NCBI GenBank assembly: GCA_951406725.2
Contig: OX597814.1
Coordinates: 14,632,001 to 14,696,000 of the forward strand
Source: Octopus vulgaris
Taxonomy: Eukaryota
Length of the DNA: 64,000 nucleotides
Direction of reading: 5' to 3'
The notes beneath the pieces were generated by a model, which searched no databases, was not told where the DNA came from, and was given only the letters and a program-made list of their open reading frames with translations. The position numbers and the translations under genes are program-made. Within the stretch, counting starts at the first letter, position 1; every line of letters begins with the position of its first letter. Shown here one piece after another: positions 54,380 through 64,000 of this stretch.

Positions 54380-55190
54380 AGAAAACCATTCATTGATATC
54401 TAAGCAGAAAGCTGCGGGATAATAGTAAATTCTAAGCAGTCTATCATGGATTACTAACTCTCACTTTGAAGGGTGTGCGTTTGTAATCTAGGAACAGGAA
54501 ATATCAACCAAATGCCTGATGCAGAAAGAAGACCAAAATGCGATAACTGATGCAGACTTTGCGGAATTAACACCGAAAATATCGCCAACATCAGAAGTAG
54601 TGTCCGAAAATGTCATTGCAGTATTATCTACCGATGAGCCATGTATAAGGAGAGCCATAAGAAGGATCATCCTAAGGCCAAAGAAATGAGAATTGACAGT
54701 ACTGTAGAGGCCATAGACACTCATAATAAGGAGTACTGGTGTAATGTCACACTGAAAACGTCATAAAATGTAATCATAATAGACCAGATAAAGTGATTTG
54801 GGACACTCAACGGTTGTTAACATAAATCAACAGATCAGCGTAAAAGAATCACCTACGCTGTACTATCGACAAATCTACAGTTACTCTTTCCGAATGACAA
54901 GTTCAAGTTCATACCTTTAATTATTGGGGTACTGATATATATATATATCAAACTGCCTAAATACCAATTCTTGAGAAATTAGGCTTCTCAACACCAAAAA
55001 GGAGAGAGCTAATTGGAAGATTACAGATCTAACCCATCACTGGAACTGTAAAAATTTGTAAAACTTTCAAAAAGTTGAAGTATATATGTGCTTGTCTAGA
55101 CAGTCAATGATATGCATGAGAATACATACGTAAAACAAAACCGTCTCTTTCTTCATTGGCAAGAAATCTTGAAATAAAACTGAATAATGA
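54380..55190 (+). mobile_element. Decayed REL LINE 3' part ending in (CATA)n
   Basis: QEISTK, CRLCG, HNRPD, FIPLIIG, ITGTVKICKTF; 3' end aataaaactgaataatga|catgcatacata. Confidence 0.75.
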
Positions 55191-55369
55191 CATGCATACA
55201 TATCATACACATATACATACATACATACATACATACATACATACATACATACATACATAAATACATACATACATACATACATACACACATACATACATAC
55301 ACACATACATACATACATACATACATACATACATACATACATACATACATACATACATACATACATACA

Positions 55370-55400
<31 letters not shown>

Positions 55401-56610
55401 GCTCTCACGTACGTTCGTACATGCAAATTCCAGTGGTAGAGCTTTTGTTCGTTTGTTAGAAACGGGCTTCCTCCTTCTAGAAAGAATACTAATAAATATA
55501 GAGACATACACTTATTAGATGATAGCCTTCATAAGATGGACAGATGAAATATCAATATATCTTATGATTATAGTAATGATAACTTGTACAACTAAAATGT
55601 CACTCTCCAAATATCCATAGTTAAATAGGAAATGATAATCAAGAGTGACATAACCGAAAATCATTTCAACCGCAGGATTTAGATCAGGGTAGCTTCTCCT
55701 AGACTTTTCCAGTTAAAAATTATGCAAGTAATTAGGTTCTGATTTTGTAGTTTCCCTTCTCCAAATGACTTTACTGCAAGCTCAGGTAAAAACCACAATA
55801 TTTCTTCTAGTACACACACACAATACCTGAGGATAGGAAAAGAGAGGAAACAGCTGTGCGCGTTTCGACTCTTGAACTTAAGACAAGGAGTAAAGATAAA
55901 TTATATACTATTTAAAATACCGTGAGAAGACATGTCAGTGCCCGAGATTTCTTTCCCTCAAAGAAAACTTGCTGCATTGATTCAAACGGCAAAATCGGAC
56001 TATGGTCATAATGACTGACTGTATCATTGACCTCGCATTAGACGACATATGAATTGTAAACTCTCCTTCCACATTCCTTATAGCAGCAAATCTTGATCAA
56101 AATATCTTCTCGTTATTTGCCTTTAATTAAATTATATGCATCCGCGCGAGAGCGCGCAAGCACACACACACACCCACATACTCATAAGTAATGCACGCTC
56201 ACAAACGCTCAATGCACGTAAATGCACAAGTATCCGACAACACGATTACATCCACGCACGACTCGCGTGCGGATATACACGCCTATAAACAAATACACTC
56301 ATACTCGCGAGCGCGTAAACACACACGCATGGTGTATGCTAATAAGCAATGCCCAGTTCTGACAATTTGTTCCATTGAAGGTTTGAAAAAAAGAAAGATT
56401 GTCATGACCAATAAGTATAAGCGACTATGCTAGACGTATAATCGTAGTACACGCGTGTGGGTATTCACACAACGACTATAGAACGATATGGCACACCACA
56501 CATAAACATCCAAGAGCTAGATGCTATCACATAACAGCGAGCACATCTATAGCTACATAATACATGGTTGTTAGAAGTTGGGTACAGACCATCACATGAC
56601 TCCATATATA

Positions 56611-56841
56611 TTTCTTTATTGCCCACAAGGGGCTAAACATAGAGGAGACAAACAAGGACAGGCAAAGGGATTGAGTCGATTAAATCGACCCCAGTGCGTA
56701 ACTGGTACTTTATTGATCGACTCCGAAAGGATGAAAGGCAAGGTCGACCACGGCGAAATTTGAACTCAGAACGTAACGGAAGACGAAATACTGCTAAGCA
56801 TTTCGCCCGATGCACTAACGTTTCTGCTAGCTCGCCGCCTA
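56611..56841 (-). mobile_element. SINE family A, 17-bp TSD
   Basis: ACATGACTCCATATATA at 56594-56610 and 56842-56858. Confidence 0.92.
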
Positions 56842-57285
56842 ACATGACTCCATATATAACTACATCAACGTCTTGTAAACATTCCTGATCTTTAAAACGG
56901 ATACAGTGCAAATGACCATTTCAGATGCGTCAAACGTTTAATAAAGCTTAAGAAAGCACAAGGGATTATTGAACAACAAGTAAAAAAATAATCAAATATA
57001 TAAAGCATACATTAAGTAAGGCAAACATTATGGGAAGCATCGTACACACTTATATCACACCGTACACATTTATCACACCGTACATAAATAAACTTAGATA
57101 AACTTAGATATGTTTCGACCAAAGATTGGTCCAGGCCATGTTTAACTAAATAAAACCAACTGATAGGATTATCAAAATCCTGTTTAAGTCAAGTTTTGTT
57201 TATGGTCCATTCAAGTAGTGAGTTGTTGTTGAGTGAGTTGTATCCAGGTATGGGTGGCTTATCCGGTATTCCTTGAAGAAATCTG

Positions 57286-57518
57286 AAGGCGGCGAGCTGG
57301 CAGAAACGTTAGCACGTCGGGCGGAATGCTTAGCGGTATTTCGTCTGCCGCTACGTTCTGAGTTCAAATTCCGCCGAGGACGACTTTGCCTTTCATCCTT
57401 TCGGGGTCGAGTAAATAAGTACCAGTTATGCACTGGGGTCGATATAATCGACTTAATCCGTTTGTCTGTCCTTGTTTGTCCTCTCTGTGTTTAGCCCCTT
57501 GTGGGTAGTAAAGAAATA
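57286..57518 (+). mobile_element. SINE family A, 21-bp TSD
   Basis: GGTATTCCTTGAAGAAATCTG at 57265-57285 and 57519-57539. Confidence 0.95.
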
Positions 57519-57952
57519 GGTATTCCTTGAAGAAATCTGTCCAGAGGGATCCTTTTCCTCTTTGATCTCTTTCGGGACATATCTAAATATAGAAGAGTCA
57601 TGAGAAGTGTGTTGGACACAGCCTCTTAATGTTTTTTCCACATTTTTTACACTTTTCACTTCATTTCCAATTATTCAAGTGCTTAAAACGCTCAAGAAAG
57701 AATATTACAATTGGATAGAAGAGTGATGAATTAAGCGAGGTCACAGGCTACTGCCACAAAGAGACAAAAGTCTGTAGCCAGTAAGGATTTATGGTAATGT
57801 TTTCTTGATAGCGGCACTCTACTTCAAAAATTAATCCTACCCCCGGTAATTGCTTCCATCAAATGCCTAAGTGTATGTATGTATGTATGTATGTATGTAT
57901 GTATGTATGTATGTATGTATGTATGTATGTATTATGTATGTATGTATGTATA

Positions 57953-58360
57953 CTCTTTTTACTCTTTTTCTTGTTTCAGTCATTTGACTGCGGCCATGCT
58001 GGAGCACCGCCCTTAATCGAGCAACTCGACCCCGGGACTTATTCTTTTGTAAGCCCAGTACTTATTCTATCGGTCTCTTTTACCGAACCGCTAAGTAACG
58101 GGGACATAAACACACCAGCATCGGTTGTCAAGCAATGCTAGGGGGACAAATACAGACACACAAACACACACGCACACACACACATATATATATATATATA
58201 CGACGGGCTTCTTTCAGTTCCCGTCTACCAAATCTACTCACAAGGCTTTGGTCGGCCCGAGGCTATAGTAGAAGACACTTGATCAAGGTGCCACGCAGTG
58301 GGACTGAACCCGGAACCATGTGGTTGGTAAACAAGCTACTTACCACACAACCACTCCTGA
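57953..58360 (-). mobile_element. SINE family B
   Basis: Full-length family match; a partial + copy lies at 58731-58875. Confidence 0.9.
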
Positions 58361-58879
58361 TCCTATGTATGTATGTATGTATATATGCATGCATGCTTGT
58401 AGGTAAGTAGGTAGGTATCTTTATATGTATATGAGCATATGTGCATGTATACATGTATGCATGTATGCATGTATGTATATATATGCCTGTAGGTTAGAAT
58501 ATATATATATGTGTGTTACCAGATAACTGTGCATGCCCCTATGTATGTGTTTGCGCAGGAGTACACATCTGTATGTGTTTTGGTCTGTGCGCGAGTGCGT
58601 GTAAATGCGTGTAAGGGAGAATAATAGTAGGTTTCTAGATCAAGAATTGTTTCCCCTGAACAAAAAATTAAAATCAGTGAGGACGGTAATGATGATGAGG
58701 ATGACAGTCGTAGATATCTAAAAAGTTCATGAGTGGCTGTGTCGTAAGTAGCTTGCTTACCAACCACATGGTTCCCGGTTCATTCCCACTGCGTTGCACC
58801 TTGGGCAAGTGTCTTCTACTATAACCTCGGGCCGACCAAAGCCTTCTGAGTGGATTTGGTAGACGGAAACTGAAGGTGC

Positions 58880-59430
58880 CTTCTTCTATAGTATGGGGTT
58901 TGAAGACTAACTGTACCCCACGTACAATCATGTGGAGAATCGTAGACGAATCCATGACATATGTAAAAGGTCCTAAGAAATGCAACTTATGTATAGCTGA
59001 AAGATCTCATATTATTCTTAAATTTAAAATCACACATTCTAATATCGCACATTCTTTTGAAATCTAAATTTGCCCATATGCAAGCATATGAGCAAATTTC
59101 TTTTGGCGAACTAGAGACACGACTCTTTCCGGATTGAGCAACTGTCTCGCAGACTTTGAACTTCTCTCTGTTGAAGTACATCTACAACTAGTTTTATTAT
59201 GGCTTCTACGGTAAAAGGGGACGCAACTCTAATTTTCTTTCTATACTTTACCTTTTCCACTTTTATTCACCTTTCCACTTTTTGCATCAACTGTCTTCTC
59301 GTTTTCTCTGGTGATTTCTCATGTACCAGCGTCCTAATTTTGAATTAGAACAAACTATGTGCTCAGAGCTTGAAGATTACTTGGACACACAAGGCATGTT
59401 ATAAAATTCTGCCTAGATACGATTCTTCAC
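58880..59430 (+). mobile_element. Penelope-like GIY-YIG C-terminus and 3' region
   Basis: WRIVDESMTYVKGPKKCNLCIAERSHII, homologous to WRILAKTPSY...CKLCLTEK at about 15300. Confidence 0.7.
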
Positions 59431-59462
59431 AGTAATTAACTATTAGTAGTTCGTATATAAAT

Positions 59463-59540
<78 letters not shown>

Positions 59541-59749
59541 TACGTAACCTAATACATATATATTTAGACGTTTAGATCTATAAATATACGTATATAAATA
59601 CAGACTCCCGCATACAGGCATATATGTGTATATATATATATATAAATATATATATGTGTGTGTGTGTGTGTGTATATAAATGAAGTAGGAATTGTGAGTA
59701 CGTATGTACGAATTTTACTGTCATTATGTTTAGATCTCCATGTTGATTA

Positions 59750-60520
59750 CACTGACCTAAAAAAGTTGTTTTTTGTGGTGAAAAATTTGGGTTTTTTGAC
59801 GCACAGAATCCGAAAACGACACCGTTTGTTTTTGTTTTTTCTTTTCATCGGCCAAGATTTTGGTCTGCTCCGGGAGAAAATTAACTACCTGAAATTCTAT
59901 GCACCAGTCATTGATAATTGTGGTGCTTAATTTTCTCTACCACTTCTTTCGCAACTTTGGTCGATATTTTTCCACTGTGAAGCCAAACACATTTCAAACT
60001 TCTTTTCGAACTGTCAATAAATAGGTGCCAATCAGTTGCATCATATTCCGCTAATCCCATCCTCCGAAGCAGCCTCTCAATATTTTCTGTGAAGAACGGA
60101 AGAAATTCAGTATTGCCAGTGTAACAGAAGGTCACTTAAGTTCCATCTTTAAGTATGTTTTTTTTTGTTCTGATTTTAATCGAGATGTACGAACTTCTAC
60201 GGATTCCTTTGATAAGTTTAAGTCCCTCACCACGTGACTGAATTCATTTTAATCAAACAGCTATGAGTCTGATGAGCTAATGCTGAAGAAATCCGGATTC
60301 TTTGTGGATACCTCTGGCTTGGTTGATACTTCCTGGTAACCAAGTACGCGAAGTTTTAGATAAAATATCACAGGTGATGGTAAAAATGAATTTCAGTTTT
60401 AGCTTCAGCATGCCAAAAAAAAAAAACTTCCGCATCAGGTAAAAATGTTTTAGAACTAAACAAAATCTGTAAAACTTTCCAGAAGTCTGTCATTTAAATA
60501 TACCATTCACTTACGGTAAT
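59750..60520 (-). mobile_element. DNA transposon remnant, probably Chapaev3-like (CMC)
   Basis: YDATDWHLFIDSSKRSLKCVWLHSG motif; CACTG-initiated left end at 59750. Family assignment is from recalled motif only. Confidence 0.5.
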
Positions 60521-61195
60521 AGCTGAATAATAAAGATTCTTAAGGCCACAATTTACTCACACGCAGCATCTTTCAGAGCTTGTCACTAATTCAGTTCTTA
60601 ACCAAATTGAAAACTATTAGCAGTGTTGAAGAGGGCTGGTCCCTAGCTATATTTTGGCATAAAAAAAATTGAGATAAGAACCAGTAGAAAAAGGTTTGCA
60701 TCAAAATTCGGAGCAACGTTATAGGAGAGTAAGTAACGCCACCAATCAAGTTTAGATCTAAATAACTTTTTTTTAGCTTCAATGATAGAAGAAAGCATGA
60801 ATTTTATAGTTTTGTTCCCATGCAATAAAAATTTGTTTCAAAAAAGTTGTGAGGTAAAATATCATGAAAAAATATAAGGAAGGTAAAAATTTGGATTTAA
60901 GTATAATTAACTTTTTTTTATTTTAAAAACAAACTATATTTTAATTAAGCTTAAATGATAGAGCTCAATTCTAGGAATTTCATGTTATCAATTTCATGCA
61001 ATGAAGCTTTCAAAGAAATACGTTATGAGAGTTTGTTTCAGAAATTTGAGGGTGATAATATACTTTTTTATGAACATAGTTCTATAAGGGAACTTTTAAT
61101 ACATGTCACCGACGTCATTGGGGTAAGGAAAAAAATATCAACGACAACGCTAATTGACACATTTGATACATTGTTAATTAACATAATAGCATAGT

Positions 61196-61390
61196 CTGGA
61201 AGAAACATGGATTACATGGGAAAATTCGAGCAAGTGAAATAATATACTTTAAGTAAATTTTTTCTTGTTCTGTACTTAACCAGATGTAATAAGCTGTCCC
61301 GAACTTTTCAAAATGTAATAACTTGTCCTCTAATCTTCCAGGATTATAAACTTAAGAATATTGTTTCCCTTGATCGCATTTTATACAGGT
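61196..61390. mobile_element. Short copy of the 47.2-kb MITE family
   Basis: ctggaagaaacatggattacatgggaaaattcgagcaag on the left; aacttgtcct...cttaagaatattgtttcccttgatcgcattt on the right. Confidence 0.6.
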
Positions 61391-61399
61391 TGTTTGAAT

Positions 61400-62673
61400 A
61401 TGTTTCTCCGAGACTACTGCCAAACAAACGGTGTAATAACTGATGAACAGGCAGAGAGAAAGAGAGGTGTCTTGTGTTGTACTGAACAGCTTCTCCTCAA
61501 CAAAGCTGTCTTTAAGAAAGCCAAATAACATCACCGTAATCACTTAACAATATGGCTAGACTATAAGAAGGCGTTCGACACTGTGTCTCACTTATGGATG
61601 ATGAAATCAATACACCTTGTCAAAGTATCAGTTGCTATAGTGAATGCCATTGAAAGACTGACTACGACATGGTCCGTACAGTTATAACAGCAACAACTAA
61701 AGCAATACCTATTGTTACGAACATAATTAAGCTATGGACAAATATATTCCAAGGTGATAGTTTATCTGTAATGGTGTTTGTACTAGTAGTGAACCTCTTG
61801 TCAGCCCTGTTAACAAAATGCTAAGGTTACATGTTGGGATATGCAGAAAAGAATAAAATTGATGTCATCCACACATTTTTTTGTTGATAATCTAAAATTA
61901 TATTCTGGTGATATGATCAATATCAAAAGACAATTAGAACTTGTCACAACACTCTCACGAGTTATAGGAATGGAGTTTAGGCAAGATAAATGTTCATACA
62001 ATGTAGTCAACAAGGAAAGATTGTCGATAAGGCAGGAAACATGTACATCAACGGCTTGTCTCTCTCTCTCCTCTCTGTAATGATGAAAGTCACAAGTATG
62101 TCAGAATCGATGAGAATGTTGCATACGATGGTGCTGTGACTAAAGCTAGAATAACGAAAGAGTGTTTCTGTAGACATCGGAAATTATGGAAGGCAGAGCT
62201 GTCTGCCTTTAACAAATCATATCCCACAATGCTTTTGCAGTATTATGCTAATACCAACAATTGGAACTAAACATTCAATGAGATACGCGCTCTGGACATC
62301 AAAACTAGAAAGGTACTGACACCACCGGCAACTTCCACATTAACAGAGACACCGATAGGATTTATGTGAGACGAAGTGATGGCGGTAGAGGCATAAGGTC
62401 AGTCCAAATACCCTTTGAATGTGGCATTGTATCACTCAGACAACACCTACTGAACAGTATAGAAAGAACTGAGTACATTGCATGCATAATTCTTCAGAAT
62501 TATAGGCGTAGGGGTGGCTGTGTGGTAAGTAGCTTGCTTACGAACCACATGGTTCCGGGTTCAGTTCCACTGCGTGGCACCTTGGGCAAGTGTCTTCTGC
62601 TATAGCCTCGGGCTGACCAATGCCTTGTGAGTGGGTTTGGTAGACGGAAACTAAAAGAAGCCCGCCGTATATA

Positions 62674-62712
<39 letters not shown>

Positions 62713-63385
62713 GCGTGTGCGTGTGTGTGTGAGTTTGTGTGTATGTATGTGTTTGTGTTTCTGTGTTTGCCCCCCCCCCCCCAACATCGCTTGACAAATG
62801 ATGCTGGTGTGTTTACGTCCCCGTAACTTAGCGGTTCGGCAAAACAGACCGACAGAATAAGTACTAGGCTTACCAAGAAAAGTCCTGGAGTCGATTTGCT
62901 CGACTAAAGGCGATGCTCCAGCATGACCACAGTCAAATGACTGAAACAAGTAAAAGAGTGTTGTAAAAGAGATACTGTGCAAGTACTTTGAGAATACAAA
63001 TGTCTCTTGCGACTCAAAGAAGGTTGAACTGACTTATTCAAACAGAAGTTTGGAGGAGAAGCCAATATCATACCAGCTAAATCAATGCATGGGTACATAT
63101 TATCTCGTATACTAGAGGGTAACAGCAGCGTTGACGAGAAGAGTAGCCTCTCCTAAACCTACGATAGATACATTACATCCCACCTAAAACGATATGCCTT
63201 CACTATCCTTGAACAACAGTAGCTACTAAATACTTGGTAAACAAGAGGTAGAAGACACCACCAAACCTCCACGTTGTGATAAAAAAATGTCGGCTCGGCT
63301 ATATCAGTCTGGAAGATATCACCCACACTATCAGCAGCTACACCAAAATGTACCTGCCCCTGAGGCATGATATAGTTACAAAGAT
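61400..63385 (+). mobile_element. Decayed R4/Dong-type LINE RT region interrupted by SINE B and then a mariner
   Basis: WLDYKKAFDTVSHLW, IFQGDSLS, FFVDNLKLY, IGMEFRQDKC, FHINRDTDRIYVRRSDGGRG, MHGY, YLPLRHD. Confidence 0.85.
62505..62960 (+). mobile_element. SINE family B
   Basis: Full head-to-tail copy. Confidence 0.92.
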
Positions 63386-63387
63386 TA

Positions 63388-64000
63388 CAAGATGGTATCG
63401 AAACGTTCCCGAACTACTTATTTTTAATTTAAAAAATAACTTATTTACCTAAGTTTTAACATCATCTCTTTCGAAATAGTCACCTTGTGCAGCAATACAC
63501 CGGTCTCAGCGTTCCTACTACCTTTCAAATCCGGCCTGGAAGATGTTTTCCGTAAGAATGTAGATGACCTGCGATTCGCCGTGGATCGCGACAACGGTCT
63601 TAAAACGGTGACCTTTGAACTGCACTTCAATCTTGGGGAAGAGATGGAAGTCCGCAGGTGCTAAATCTGGTGAATAGAGCGGGTGCGGAAGTGATACCTT
63701 ATTGTCTTTGGCGAGAAACTCACGAGTGAGACAGAGAGCATTGTTGTCGTGAAGAATCCAGGGGCGGTTTCGCCGAATGTCATCCCTCAAACCCTTCAAA
63801 ACGTCGGAATCGAACTCTCGATTGACGGGTTGATCTTAGGGAACGAATTCTCGATGCACATACCGCGGATGTTGAAAAAAACGATGAGCATACTCTTGAC
63901 TGAACTGCGGCTCTGTCGTGTCTTCTTCTGCTGTGGAGATGAAGGTCATTTCTGTTGTGACGACTGCTGTTTCGTCTCAAGATAGACCCAACTCTCGTCA
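63388..64000 (-). mobile_element. Mariner 3' half (different family), runs off the window
   Basis: TA at 63386-63387, then a TIR-like end; WILHDNNA, HPLYSPDLAPADFHLFPK. Confidence 0.85.

Noticed and set aside
57100-57180. Minus-strand GACCAA-UCU-UUGGUC-GAAAC-AU
   Set aside because: Stem II and GAAA are present, but there is no adjacent core or GUH; at most a relic.
60265-60295. CUGAUGA-GC-UAAU-GC motif
   Set aside because: No correctly placed GAAA, stem III or stem I; lies inside a transposase remnant.

Overview
Repeat-saturated, AT-rich animal genomic DNA, most likely a coleoid cephalopod (Octopus), inferred from the tRNA-derived SINE families and very long (TA)n/(CATA)n/(GATA)n/(TAA)n microsatellites. 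Only one host gene is supported: a + strand, two-coding-exon class A GPCR of the FMRFamide-receptor-like peptide/orphan group (exons 10255-10547 and 34699-35713, phase-2 GT-AG intron of 24,151 nt, 435 aa). The rest is decayed mobile DNA: two full-length inactivated mariners plus fragments, mariner-derived and other foldback MITEs, Penelope-like (GIY-YIG) retroelements, R4/Dong-type REL LINEs in microsatellites, an L1/Tx1 3' end, RTE-like ends and a probable Chapaev3 fragment. The most notable unannotated signal is about a dozen type I hammerhead-ribozyme motifs, read by hand, from several Penelope-like families. They include two near-canonical ones (20157-20195 +, sense within the GPCR intron; 31676-31772 -), two U3-A8 covariant cores, extra-A and U6 core variants, and a perfect 57-bp foldback centred on a ribozyme core about 200 nt before coding exon 2. 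No folding program or database search was run, and most repeat boundaries are approximate.
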